DNA of 64,000 bases, from assembly GCF_006345805.1 (NCBI RefSeq), contig NC_043009.1, forward strand, positions 32,984,001 through 33,048,000. Direction: 5' to 3'. Source of the DNA: Octopus sinensis. Lineage: Eukaryota. Below are positions 28,410-41,987 of this stretch, one piece after another. Under the pieces are notes generated by a model. The model searched no databases. It worked only from the letters and a program-made list of their open reading frames with translations, and was not told the origin of the DNA. The first letter of the stretch is position 1. Every line of letters starts with the position of its first letter. The translations under genes were made by a program, and so were the position numbers.

Positions 28410-29399
28410 CTGTAAGAATGAAGATGAATGTAGAAGATGTTTAAGATTGATCGAGGGAATTTTCACCTAGCAATTAGAGCGGATCTGATCATGAATAAAA
28501 CAACAGAATTCATTAATGCATAAAGTATTAGCAGTTGAAACAGAATTGTTGCGAGATTAACTGAATAGCATTATGTGTCGTATATAATCCATGAGAAACC
28601 TCACGGAAAAATATACAATGTGTGTGTGTGTGTGTGTGTTCATGTGCATATATGCATGCATACGCATACATATACATATACATGTATATATAGAGAGAAA
28701 TGGAGAGAGGGAGGGGAAGAGAAGAAGGGAAAGAGATGATGTATGTATGCATGTATGTCCGGATACCAAAGAGAAAAATTGGCTATCTGCCCCAACAAGT
28801 TGGATATGAAGACCAATATAGACATATATCGATATATTGAACTAACAATGTGATATTCTACCTAGTCGCTTCCCCTGCTCGAAGTAACAACAGCTAAGTA
28901 TCCCTCCAAGCAGTCCGCAACGTGTTCGCTATACTTCAAAATGGACGACATCTTAGATACACACAGCTCTGTGTATATTACGTCAGAATATATGGTAGGG
29001 CGGTCATCATTGGAAATCCTTTTGTCATTGGACTACTTGATGAGCATAAAACATCAACTGTAACAAACGATAAAAGAAATCAACTCAGAGGTTTCTGTAT
29101 TTTTTTTTTCAACTTGTTAGAAATAGCAGTCAAATCTCCTTCAAATTAAACTGTAGTATCCAGAAAAATTATTTTTAAACAATGAAAAAAAAACACACTT
29201 TACACAAAGTTGTTTCAGATTTCCTTTAATTCGTCGAGATGTTCATGGGTGATGGAATGTCTTTACTCAAAACAATGAACGATCAAAACTGACTTCCGTG
29301 CATTAATTATTTCATTCATTGAAAATAATTGGTCTTTTGCTTGAGATGGTGTTTATAAACATGCCGAATAGAAATATCTAAAGAGAGCCAACACGCATC

Positions 29400-29675
29400 A
29401 CTTCGTGAAAGCATCACGGAACGAAGATTAAACTAGCAGGTCACATACTCCGGCTAGCAGAATAACGCCATTGTATAACAGCTTTCAAATGGACACCACT
29501 GAAGAGGAAAAAATAAAGAGGAAGTCCAAAAGATACACGGTGCAGAACATTCATGACTGAAATGAGAGAGGCTACTACCATATGACCAGATGTAGAGAAA
29601 ACCACAGCCAACAGAAACTAGTGGCCTCAGCTTGCTTCAAAACGTGCTTCACAGCACAGGAGGAACTGAACGGAA
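29400..29675 (+). mobile_element. RTE-type LINE 3' fragment
   Basis: Degenerate translation LAGHILR...AFKWTP..RGSPKDT.CRT matches the RTE ORF C-terminal 'W.GH.LR...W.P.GKR.RGRP..TW' pattern. Confidence 0.6.
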
Positions 29676-30299
29676 CTAAAATACAGATTTCACTCAGTGA
29701 CAATTATGTAATAACAAATGTCTCTTATATCAAGATAGTGAGAAAGAACGTAAGGGTCTTCCACCAGTTTCGACGATTTGTATTTCAGTTATTTAATCAA
29801 CCGAACGACTCATTCACGGAAATAGCATTATCTGGTCTGAGTATTCCGCTCGCACTTTATCCTTAGCATAACTCTCAGGAAGAAACAACGTGACAGTGTG
29901 TGATAAAGCTCGCCGTAAGTAAAATGTAGCCGCATTAGTTCGAGATCTGCGCGATTTCAGTAATTGTCGCATCAAAGATTTGTAAATGACGTATGAGAGC
30001 TCAGTGAAAGTTACATCAGAAGGCAACAAATGTCACATGGAGCTGAGTGAATTTAATATCATAGGTTAATGAATGACACATCAAAGGTCACTGAAAGACA
30101 CACTAGGGGTCAATAAATGACATGTTAAAGGTCAACGCATGACACACCAAACAACGGTGAATGTCACATGAGATGTTAGTGAATGTCACATGAAAGATTA
30201 CTAAATGACACATCGAAGATCAATGAATAGCACACCCGAATCCAGTGCATGTCATATCACATGTTAATGAATGTCACGTGACACCTCAATACAGATGTA

Positions 30300-30415
<116 letters not shown>

Positions 30416-30480
30416 GAGTGCTGATACTTCCAAGTGCACGAATTACTATTGGTATCACATGCTACACACCTTCCTTCCAA

Positions 30481-30610
30481 GCACTGCTGTAACCAGCGGA
30501 AGTGAGCTGGGACGTTAAAACTTAGTGCGCATGCCCAGCAGAGATCGAAGACAATCGCTGCTAAGCCGCATCACTCTGTGTGCTTTAGCTGTGTTACTAT
30601 GGCAACAGTC
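30481..30610. promoter_or_regulatory. Candidate promoter/enhancer with ETS-, NRF1- and RFX X-box-like motifs
   Basis: CGGAAGTG at 30497-30504, TGCGCATGC at 30526-30534 and GTTACTATGGCAAC at 30593-30606, in a locally GC/CpG-richer island not resembling the repeats in this window. Confidence 0.35.
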
Positions 30611-31129
30611 CGTATACCTATTGATCAGAATAGTATTAATATCATCATCATTATCATCATCATTAACATTATCATCATCATCGTCATCGTGATAATCCTA
30701 ATGGACTTTATTATCGCCGACAACAACATATGCATCCTCATCATTATCATCATCATCATAATAATTATTATCCTCATCAAATCAGCATCTCCATCATCTG
30801 TTCAGTAACTACCGAATCAGAATCATCACCGTCGCCGCCATCACCATCACCATCATTCTTATAATAAATATAGAAAATGTTTCTTTAATTTCGATCACGA
30901 TTTCACGAAGTTGTTTTTCTAATTTAAATGTCAACAAAACTATCTCCTTGTGTTTAGTTTTCTCGCTTCAAAGATCTTCACTTCAATAAATATATTTAAA
31001 AAAAACATACATTTCGAAAACAATATAAATATATTAAGTGCAAAGCTTTACCGCTGCACTTGACTTTCACGCAGCTCAAAGTTTTGACTGCTTACAATAA
31101 ACCAACGTCTGACATGCTCCAAAATTGTT

Positions 31130-31350
31130 TTCTTCTATTTCTCTTACTTGTTTCATTAATTGGACTGTGGTCATGCTGGAGCACCGCCTTGAAAGGTTTT
31201 AGACAAAGAAATCGACTACACCACTTATCCTTCTTATTGCGTATGGTATTCATTGTAGCGATGCTTTGCCAAAAACCTAAATAACGGGAACGGAAACAGA
31301 TCATCGCCAGTTGTCATGCGATGGACAGCGATAAAGACACATACATGTAT
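31130..31350 (-). mobile_element. SINE family A 3' half, degenerate
   Basis: Contains the reverse complement of the tail (GCTGGAGCACCGCC). Confidence 0.6.
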
Positions 31351-31549
31351 GTATACATATATATATAATATATATATATTATATATATATATATATATAC
31401 ATATATATATGTGTATATATATATATATTACACTACACCATACGACTTTACACATCACATCATATATACATACACACGTCCAGAGCTCTCATACGCACTA
31501 ATACTCTCTCATACACACACACACACTATTCTCATACACACACACACAC

Positions 31550-31882
31550 ACTCTTATGTTGGAGCGAGGTCATTTAACCCTATTATCTCCCCTAATTTCG
31601 CTCTTGCGTCTCACGTTTGATCTTTGACTTCTGGCCGAAATCAGATCGCCATGTTGATTCGCTAGCCTCTGCACGCATTTTTTTCCTCTCCTTCTTTCTG
31701 TGTTTCTTCTCTGTATATCTTTCTGTTGAAGAGCGTAGGCTCGAAACGTTAAAGACTTGTTTTATTTATATTTCCTGAGCGCCATACTAATACAATTGTT
31801 TGTTTGTATTCCACCTGCCTCGTCTTTTGTTTATTTCCGTAAACCTGCCTTCGTATTTTGTCTATTTTCATAAAGCTTCCCG

Positions 31883-31885
<3 letters not shown>
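31550..31885 (+). mobile_element. Penelope-like pseudo-LTR fragment with hammerhead-like motif at 31720-31753
   Basis: UUU-CUGUUGA-A-GAGC[GUAG]GCUC-GAAAC-GUU-AAA, followed by TTTCCTGAGCG as in the 26340 element. Confidence 0.55.
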
Positions 31886-31919
<34 letters not shown>

Positions 31920-32349
31920 TGTATGTATGTATGTATGTATGTATGTGTGTGTGTGTATATTATATAATATATATATATATATAGAGAGAGAGGGGGGGAG
32001 GGACAATGTATATACATATATACAAACATACACACACATATATGTGTGAGTGTGTGTGTATGTTCGTTATAGCAACTAAAGTTGTATTAGTTATGAAAAT
32101 CATTCCGTATATCTTACTTAGCGTAGATAAACTATCGAGTGTCGCAAAAATGCGGTAATCGTATTGAGAAAGATTCTCCTATAGGGGCATAAGCATACAA
32201 AAGGCTTAGGCGTGTATCTGTAGCAGTCGAAAAGCTTTCAGCTGCGTGAAATTTCTTAACCACATCATCCGTAGCAAGTATCCACTGTCGACCGCTTGTG
32301 GAGACAAATTTCGCTTGTACTGATATGCACACGACAGACTTCCACAAAG

Positions 32350-32436
32350 TTTTCAAGTTGCCCAGTGCTAGCGCACTGGGGCTGAGCCTGAAACCCGTGG
32401 TAGTAAAGCGAGCTTCTTAAGCACAGAGCCATGCTC
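32350..32436 (-). mobile_element. SINE family A head fragment
   Basis: Reverse complement GCATGGCTCTGTGCTTAAGAAGCTCGC...GGGCAACTTG resembles the family A head. Confidence 0.5.
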
Positions 32437-32639
32437 GGGCCGTTATTTATTGATTATTTATGATTAGGTATCATCCCCCGACCAACACTATCCTCTGTCC
32501 AAACCCATCTTTTTCCGTTTAATAACCGATTCTCAGTGAGATTCATACCTTTCTCATCTGTTGTAGGGAATTGGTAATAATGCTCCACCCCTCCCACGTG
32601 ACGAATGGAATGACATTGTTACCATAAGTAGAAATATAA

Positions 32640-33970
32640 CTATGCTGAAGTACTTTGGGCTTTGGTAAACTATTACCAAATCTTCATTCCAAACGCACAT
32701 AAAGTAAGGGCCCCAGTCAATGATCTGTTGAGAAAGAAAACAAAATGGTGCTGGACGGATAAGTGCCAGAACGCATTCGACGAATTGAAAAGTATTTACC
32801 TTTGACACATTTGGATCCAAAATTGGAAACTATACTGGCTACAGATGCAAGTGAGTACGATGTGGGAGCCGTGCTTCTGTATAGATATGACGATGGCAGT
32901 AAAAGCCCTATAGCCCATGCGTCAAGGTTATTGTCAGCTGTAACGAATTATAGTCAGATAGAAAAAGAGGCGTCGGCATTTGGTGTCAAGAGGTTCCATA
33001 GATTTGTCCACGGAAGACGTTGTTTTTCTTTGCAAACAGACCATTGCCTGTTACTGACAGTACATGGTACCAAATACAGGAATCCCAACGCACACAATGA
33101 ATAGACTACAACGATGGGGCACTATACTATTAAATAGCTACAGAATGGAGTACTTACCGTCGGAAAAAAACTAGGGCATGCGGATGGCTTGCCAAGACTG
33201 ATACCAAAACACAGCGAACTATTCGAAGATACGGTAATAGTAACTCTAAGAGCTGAAGGTAAAATAAAGACATAATGTGGAACATGGTACGAGAGTTGCT
33301 GGTGATCCGGGAGGATATAAAGTGGAATGCGATAAAAGACATGTTTATAAAGGAAACAAAAAGGTCCTTGTGGTCAACAAAAAAAAGGAACATATTTGTT
33401 ATGAAACGAAACCAAGACGAAAACCTATATTCAACGTGTGATGGCGTACTGATGTATGCAGAGAGAATAGTGATACCGGAAATACTACAAAAGAAAATTT
33501 TGAGAGAATTTCACATCTGACATTTTGGTATTTTGAGGATGAAAGCTTTAATACGTAGTTACGTATACTGGACGAAAATGGACAGAGAAATCGAAAATTT
33601 GGTGAAACGCTGTAGAGGATGTGTTCTAGCAGCAAAACTGACAACTATAAAAAGTGAACCTTGGCCAAAAGTAGATGTTCCGTGGTCGAGACTACACATC
33701 AATTTCGCGTGTACTTTAAAGGGTTTCTACTACTTAGTGGTAGTTGATAGTTTCTCGAAATGGCCAGAAATTTGCAAGAGTAGAAAAACCAACCTCCTCA
33801 ACTGTAATAAAATTTTTTACACGAATTGTTTACAAGATTTGGCATCCCAGAAACGATAGTGTCTGACAATGAAATGAAATTTGTGTCAAGCGAATTTGAA
33901 AAAAAGTGAAACGTTCGTGGTAGAACATATAACTATGGTACCACAGCATTCCAGATCTAATGGGCAGGCA
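32640..33970 (+). pseudogene. Ty3/Gypsy LTR-retrotransposon pol fragment (RT end, RNase H, integrase)
   Basis: LATDASEYDVGAVL and YSQIEKEA (RNase H); H..HFGILRMKALIRSYVYW...CRGC (HHCC zinc finger); PWSRLHINF..YYLVVVDSFSKWPE, FGIPETIVSDN and SNGQA (integrase). Frameshifted; no LTR seen. Confidence 0.92.
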
Positions 33971-35159
33971 GATCTCTTAATGGCTTTTTGTATCAGTCAC
34001 TTGTCCTTTCATTTCCATATCCTCTTCTTCTAAGAGATTTATTTCGTCCTCTTTGTTTCTTTTGGTATAGTCAACGTTTCTCATACCAAGAAAATTCATG
34101 TAACATTCTATATTGACTTTCTGCATTCAGTATTGACTGTATACTCCAATTATACGTTCTTTCTGAGAGTTTTGTGAGACGTAACTTTTTTGCATGAAAC
34201 GAATGCAAATCAAACTTTTGATTATTGTGATGGCTGATATCGGTCGTGTTCTCCACTCTCCATATGTTTTGGCAAATTGTTTTTGGCAAATCAATCTTGG
34301 TGCTATAAATGGCAAGACAGTTTTAATAAAGAAGAGACTTATTGGATAGTGTAATCCAAATATGGCTCTTCCAGGAAAAAACAGATTTATCACGGATAAA
34401 ATAGCAGTAATTCTTTAGTCGGCTGATTAGACAGTTACTGCTGACCTGGATCTACACAATAACAACAAAGGCCCTATTTTTGTTAACGCATAAATCTCAT
34501 CACCGTCATCGATTTATATGTAAACAACTAGAATCAGAAGATGATTTAAAATGTCCGCAATCGTGAAAGGGTTAATATGATGGGCATCTTATTTTGAATT
34601 TAAACATACTATTACGTTAACTTCCATATTAACATGGAACCAGGCACTCCGTTTTGGTCCCATCATGTTTTTGCGTATATCCATGGATTTATGAAGGACA
34701 ATAATTAAGTTACCTCATGCGAGTATAAAATGCTTTTCTGGAGGAACGATTTCATTTTCTCCATCGTCAATTTCATTTATCAAATTTAATTTGTTTAAAG
34801 AAACTATAACTTAAAGAATTTAAAACACATTTATATCATCTTCAGCCTTCTTCAGAAATCGATATCAAATAGCTAAGAATTTGCTTCGGTAGAAGATCAA
34901 TTTGGGGTTTTGTGATTGGGAATGATTAATCAATAAGTAATTTTCTTTATTAGATATGTGGGAGTTTCAGGACAGAACATATAGCGCGTAAATCAGTAGG
35001 TTGTGAGACAAATTTACATTTCTCTTGTTAATCGTTCATCTTACAAGAAAAAATCCGAAATATTTTACGATGCAATAACATGTAATGATAGGAACCTTGC
35101 GCAAAATATTTTAAGGTTTCCATTTTTATTTTTTCAACGAATCTCATGAATATACATGA

Positions 35160-35192
<33 letters not shown>

Positions 35193-35212
35193 TACTACTA
35201 CTACCACTACTA

Positions 35213-35248
<36 letters not shown>

Positions 35249-35301
35249 GTAGTAGTAGCACTACTACTACTACTACTACTACTAGTAGTAGTAGTAGTAG
35301 T

Positions 35302-35395
35302 AAGGCGGCGCGCTGGCAGAATCGTTAGCCAGCCGCACAAAATGCTAAGCAACATTTCGTCCGTCATTATGTTCTGAGTTCACATTCCACCTAGG
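35302..35395 (+). mobile_element. SINE family B head fragment
   Basis: AAGGCGGCGCGCTGGCAGAATCGTTAG directly after an (ATT)(ACT)(AGT) tract. Confidence 0.7.
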
Positions 35396-35859
35396 CTTTA
35401 ATCATTTAATGGTCGAGAAAAAAAGTAGCATTTAAGCAATGGGATCGATTTAATTGATTAGCCTCTCGCCTCATAATGTCAGCCTTTCTGCCTAGAATAG
35501 AAACAATAATTGTTTTTTTCATTGTTGTTGTTGTTATGATTATTATTGGATTTGACTTAGGATTGATCTTTTCCTGCAGAATTGATGTGGGTAACGAGTT
35601 AATATCTGTAACGTTCGATATCCACATGATTTCAATAAGCCATCATATTTTGTATTTATATATATATATATATGAGTTGGAATGAAGAGAATGTTCGAAA
35701 GAAATAGATAGGGAGAGAAGAAAGAAATAGAGTGGAAGAGAAAATGAAAAAAGGAATGCTCGTTGGTGGTCATGATATTATGAGGGCGGATGGGAGATGA
35801 GTAGGGGAGGGATAGGAAAGAATAAGAATGTAAGGAATGAATATGTGTGAGGAGGAGGT

Positions 35860-35942
35860 GGTCAATCTCGGCGGAGTTCGAACTCAGAACATGAAGACAG
35901 ACGAAATACTTTAAGCTAACGATTCTGCCAGCTCACCGCCTT
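35860..35942 (-). mobile_element. SINE family B head fragment
   Basis: Reverse complement of the family B head, with an internal deletion. Confidence 0.65.
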
Positions 35943-35985
35943 ATATATATATAACATTCCTAAGAATATATATATATATGTATAT

Positions 35986-36030
<45 letters not shown>

Positions 36031-36042
36031 ATATGTATATGG

Positions 36043-36109
<67 letters not shown>

Positions 36110-36494
36110 ATACTTATTGATTACTAGATAATTAATTTTACCCATTGTTATTATTGATAAAAAATATATAAATATACATATTACATTCCTAAGAAAGCAA
36201 GAGGTTTATCACTGTCGACAGGATTACTAGAATTTTATATACCGTGGTTAAACCCATCACACTACTTTAGAGGACACTAAAATATTATTTCACTATATTT
36301 AAATATCATGTGCTCGACTTTCACAGTTGAATATTAACACCTGCTTACTGTAAGAACGCTGTATTAGTATTATTGATCGCAAAATATATGTTGCTGTTAT
36401 AACGAGAGTGATCTTCGTATAAGAAATTTAACAAAGAGCTAATATATAGGTTATATATATATTATAAGATATAGGTTTAAGATATATCTTTCGG

Positions 36495-36890
36495 ATGCCC
36501 TGGGATGCATCTTCCAGGATGTTTCAGGTCTTTGAAAATCAGTTCCCCGCACCTCGTTGACCTAGCTGGTGATGATCATGCCTCACCCTACATTCCAATC
36601 GCAGCAAGCCACCTGTTTGCACCCTGTAACCAAAACCGTCAAGTAGCCTTCTTTGCAGCTTCAGTGCTTCCTTTTGCTGCGTCATTTATACCAATCCCAA
36701 TCATACCTTTGCAGAATGAACACCCCACAAATCTTAGGCCGCCCCGCTTCAACTGCTTTGCAATGTGCATGCCAAACCCAATTTTCCACTGCTCTACCAG
36801 CTTCTGGTACTTGACAAGCCTCAGTCGTGTGTTCATTCCAAGATGCAGTTCCCACATCATCACAGCGTTGATGGAGTTTGACATCGCAAT
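36495..36890 (-). mobile_element. Hero-like (restriction-like endonuclease) non-LTR retrotransposon 3' fragment
   Basis: VMMWELH...LVKYQKLVEQ, AVEAGR and IGINDAAK-STEAAKKAT match the Hero-type RLE C-terminus; the 3' UTR ends GATGCATCCCAGGGCATC. Confidence 0.65.
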
Positions 36891-36925
36891 TTAACAAATA
36901 ACAAAACACTGGTTTTCAGTATGTT

Positions 36926-36956
<31 letters not shown>

Positions 36957-37029
36957 AAAAAAGAATACTTTCGGCAACCAGAAATACCCAACGAGTGAGT
37001 GAAACAGTAAGAGAAGAGGAAGAACAACA

Positions 37030-37770
37030 GAAGAAACAAATAGAAAAAGATAGAACTGCATGGCCAATCCATTCAACTAAGTGAAAACGTTGGAAATACA
37101 GATCGCTGGCTCTAGTTGACAGCCGGGAACTTGAAACGAGAGACAGAAACGCTAATAATAGCCGCTCAGGAGAAAATCATTTGAAGAAATCTGAGTCAGA
37201 CAGTAAATATAGAATCTGCAAAAAAGGGGACAAAAGGATCACTCACATTTTGAGTGAGTGCAGTATGCTAGCGCAAAAGGAGTATAAGCACAGGCATGAT
37301 TATGTGGACAAAAGAGTGCGTTTGAATGTTAGCCGAGTGCGTTGCTTCAAAACGACAGAAAAATGGTATGAACACGACCCACACGCTGTGATCCTAAATG
37401 AGAATTACAAGATATTGCGGAATTTCCCCATAAAGACTGAGCTTACTTTTGAGACAGGAAGTCAGATAAGATCATAGCGGACAAAAGTGTAAGATAACAG
37501 ACGATGCAGTTCACTGTTATAACAATTGATAGCAGAGACGATACCAGAGAAATTGTAAAGAATTGAGAAATACCATGGCCAAGCCAGAGAACTTAGGAGA
37601 CGAAAGAAGAACAAGACAACTATTTCTCTGATAACTGGTGCACTTGACACATCGAAAATGCTACCTAAAAGATGGAAAGAGTCTTGAATTAAAACTTGCA
37701 TTATCGACCTGCAAAATATATATTCTGCGAGAATCCGGAAGAAGGTTCGTGAGAATTGAAGAGACTAGTT
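37030..37770 (+). mobile_element. R4/Dong-like RLE non-LTR retrotransposon fragment
   Basis: LHGQ...GNLKRETETLIIAAQE; CCHC-like KYRICKKGDKRITHILSECSMLAQKEYKHRHD; KWYEHDP..ENYKIL. Confidence 0.75.
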
Positions 37771-37832
37771 GTTACTAAACCTCAAGATAAAATCCCTGCT
37801 AACTTAAATTTGCATGCACCAGCGTAATAATG

Positions 37833-37898
<66 letters not shown>

Positions 37899-37916
37899 GT
37901 AGTAGTAATAATAATA

Positions 37917-38079
37917 GGCGCAGGATTGGCTGTGTGGCAAGTAGCTTGCTAACCAACCACATGGTTCCGGGTTCAGTCCCACTGCGTGGCATCTTGGGCA
38001 AGTGTCTTCTGCTATATCCCCGCGCCAACCAATGCCTTGTGAGTGGATTTGGTAGACGGAAACTGAAAGAAGCCTGTCG

Positions 38080-38133
<54 letters not shown>

Positions 38134-38352
38134 TGTGTGTGTTTTTGTGTGTGTGTTTGTCCCCCTAGCATTGCTTGACAACCGATGCTGGTGCGTTTAC
38201 GTCCCCGTCACTTAGCGGTTCGGCAAAAGAGACCGATAGAATAAGTACCGGGCTTACAAGAAATAAGTCCCGGGGTCGATTTGCTCGACTAAAGGCGGTG
38301 CTCCGGCATGGCCGCAGTCAAATGACTGAAACAAGTAAAAGAGTAAAAGAGT
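37917..38352 (+). mobile_element. Full-length tRNA-derived SINE family A
   Basis: Head GGCGCAGGATTGGCTGTGTGG with B-box-like GGTTCAGTCCC, internal (TA)n(TG)n and tail ACAAGTAAAAGAGTAAAAGAG. Confidence 0.9.
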
Positions 38353-38386
38353 AATAATGATAATAATAATAATAATGATAATGATA

Positions 38387-38444
<58 letters not shown>

Positions 38445-38967
38445 TATTATTATTATTGCTTTTGTTGTTATTATTATTCCTATTTTGTTATTGTTAATGC
38501 TATTATTTTATTTAAGTTAACATCAACTTTAATTGCATTATAGCCAATTTAACACCTAAAAGAACTAACATTAAAATTTAATTATACGGCGAATTACTTA
38601 TCGCTGATAATGCTAAACTGCTTCGAAAGATAACTTTCACAATGGCTTTACGTCTTATAAGGTATTTATAAAAGTTTGTTACATTTCATACATACAGGTA
38701 TATGCATATGTGTGTTTCTCTCTGTGTGTGCGTGTGTGCGCGTGTGTGCGCGTGTGTGCGTGTGGGGGTCTGTTTGTAGAGATATGTGTGTGTAAGTATA
38801 TCAATACATAGAGCGAGAGGGACATACATTCACAAATGTTTGTATGCTTGTTTAGTGTATGCATATATATATATATACATATATACACACACACACGCGC
38901 ACACACATCACATACACACACATATATATATATATATATACATATATACACGCACACACACACAGAC

Positions 38968-39000
<33 letters not shown>

Positions 39001-39007
39001 CATATAT

Positions 39008-39185
39008 ACGGTGCACCGCCCGTTTTTCTACACAGTTATTACGAAGAGCCTCCTCTAGTATGTGGCACTTGGTGAAGAATGGAGTTTGATAGAGCTACTC
39101 TCATTCGGACCTCTTGCCGTGAGGTAAGTTCATCTGGGACTCTCGACAGGAAGAGGTCCAGCTTTGATTAAAACCCCTACATCTA
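39008..39185 (-). mobile_element. CR1/L2-type LINE 3' end, same family as 23625-24218
   Basis: CTCGACAGGAAGAGGTCCAG and the flanking sequence match 23795-23820. Confidence 0.7.
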
Positions 39186-39336
39186 TATATATATACACAC
39201 GTTATATATATATATATATTGGCCTGCTCGCTTAGCCACCGGGGTGGCGTCATTTGAAGGCTAAAACAATGCGAAACGCAGTGTGACCAGCAATGTGGAA
39301 CCACATCTGATAGCCTAGTGGGTCACGGTGATCACG

Positions 39337-39382
<46 letters not shown>

Positions 39383-39704
39383 CATATATATATACATTAT
39401 ATAATACATATATCTATATTACATATATATGTATATATATATATATATTATATATATATACATACATATATATATACATATATATATATATACATATATA
39501 TAATATACATATAGTATATATATATAATGTATATATTATATATATATATATATAATTATATTACATACGTGTGTATGTGTGTGGGTGGGTGTCATTCTTC
39601 TTTTATGTAAGCTGGTGTAGTCGAACAAATCACATCCAGTATTTCTTTTTTCTAAAAATTCCCGTACTTCTTATATCAGTTTTTTATTGCCGAAGCGCTA
39701 ATTT

Positions 39705-39895
39705 ACGGGAAGTAAATAAACCAACACCGGTTGTGTAGCGATGAAAGACAATGGGAAACACAAATACACAACCGACAGGCTTCCACACGATTTCCGTTCA
39801 TCAAATTCACTAAAAAGACATTGATTAGACTGGAGCTATATTAGAAGACAATTGCCCAATTTGCCGCGCAGAGGAACTGAACCCGAAAATGCGCC
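39705..39895 (-). mobile_element. Degenerate SINE family A
   Basis: Reverse-complement similarity (AAACCAACACCGGTTG, GAAGACAATTGCCCAA, ACTGAACCCG). Confidence 0.55.
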
Positions 39896-39971
39896 GTTTC
39901 AAATCGAGCTTAAATCTCAGCAATATATTTACACAATGTATTTCGTGGCATAAAGCTACCTTAGATGCCGT

Positions 39972-40046
<75 letters not shown>

Positions 40047-41895
40047 TCTGTGTGTGTGTGTGTAGGTGTCTGTGTATGTATGTGTGTATGCCATAAAGAG
40101 CCGGTTTCTAACCTAGATCCAGTGCTCGTTCATTGGAATTTCCACAGCATCAACAGGGTATTCTTGTATGTATATAGGTCTGTATACGTGCGGGTTTGTA
40201 TATTTTGAGTTTATGTGCGTATTCTTATGCATATAATTGCATATCTAGACATGTTCATATATACTTAAAAGACAAATTTCTAGGAAGTTTTACAGATTTT
40301 TACGGTTGCAGTGATAGCTTGAATCTGTAGTCTTCGAATCCGCTTTCTCTTTTCTAGCTTTGAGAAGCCTAATTCCTCAAGATTGGTATTTAGGCAGTGT
40401 GTTACATATTCCAATGCGCCAATAATATGTATGTTCTTTTCCGTTTTTTTTTATTATTTAAATTCTCCATCTGCAGCAGTAGCTCCATCGTTGCAATGTA
40501 GATAACAAAATATTGCCATGTTTTAAACTTAAGAAATGTTTCGAATATTTTTAGTGTTCCACTTAAAAATTTTATTTGGTATTTGCATGTCGCAAACTGG
40601 TTGATTTATTTTTCAGTTTATTTATTTTTCTGAAAATCCAGCTTTACCAAGATAATAGATGTATGTATCAAAGTTAACAGTCTCCTTTTAATTTCACTTT
40701 TCAATGGGTTCTTTTCACCATTCGTGAATTGAACGGCTAAGGATGAATTCCCAGAGTGCAATGTCAGCTTTGATAATACATAACAAGTGTGTGTGTGCGT
40801 GCTTACACTTGCGCATGTGAGTCTGTATGCGTATGTCTGTTTCTACTGTCTTATTGAAACGTACCATCGAATAATATTTTCCTCTAATTGTATTAGTCTT
40901 CTGTATAACCAGAACCTATATAAATGGAAATGTCGAAGCGATATAACTAATGGACACCCCAATTGTAACACCATACGTCCAAGCCAGTTGATCCTTCCGT
41001 TGTTTTACGAATTAGGGGTAATTGTTAGTGGATACGAAAACTAGTGTTAATGGCGTGATATTGTCATTTGTATTATTGATATCAGTTTACAAATATAAGC
41101 ATTAAAATTAAAGTCGGAGTTATTTGCAAACTTAAGATGAGTTTCAAGAGATAATATTTTTATAGAAAGAAAAACAACTCTGATGTTTGTGGAGTACATT
41201 GAAGCATCTAATTAGGAAACCACACAAATTAATCTCTTACTGGCGGCATTTATCTTCCCTTAATCTTTCTGCTACAACACAAAACTAAGATCTGTAGCAG
41301 ACAAAGATAAACTAGGATTTCTCACCGAATTGAGAAACAACTTTTACTATGAATTACTTTTAATGAATACAAACTAGATTTTAAAGAATAGATAATTCGG
41401 TCAATAGATTAGAAAGTTTTCTTTATTTAAAACCCTTTCACAAACAACATCGTTAGAACGATTTTAAATTCCATGTTTTATGCATTATTTCAAATCATTT
41501 AATGAAAGTTTAAAACCAAGCCACATAACATACACATTTGCTTTCAAATTTTTATAGAATCCCTCTCAGACGATGTCTCCATACATCTGCCGTAAGATTA
41601 TTTCTACGAAATTCACCATCCAAAGACTGCAGGATTCCTAGTTTGTAGTGTTTTTTGCTTTTCTCCTACAAATCTACGTCTCTAATTAAAATACATCTCT
41701 TAAGCTTCAAACGGCAAGTGCTCCTTATCATTTATCTTCCATGTTATATATATTGTATATATAATTACATATATGTGGTGTATGTGTGTGTATGTGTGTG
41801 TGTATATTCGAATTTACAGAAAACAAAAGATGAAAGCAGGTGATGAAACAACTAACAGGTGTATTAATATGACACTCAGGAAAAATGGAGAAGCG

Positions 41896-41929
41896 TTTGA
41901 CGTTTCGTGCCTACGCTCTTCGACAGAAA
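41896..41929 (-). ncRNA. Minimal hammerhead-like motif (A6U core)
   Basis: UUU-CUGUCGA-A-GAGC[GUAG]GCAC-GAAAC-GUC-AAA; homologous to 31720-31753. Confidence 0.5.
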
Positions 41930-41942
41930 GGGTGGAAAAGAA

Positions 41943-41955
41943 AAGAATCCCGTCG

Positions 41956-41987
<32 letters not shown>

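Noticed and set aside
27960-28466. 168-aa minus-strand ORF as a complete gene
   Set aside because: GTG start and no recognisable motif; only an internal 63-nt segment has good splice signals.
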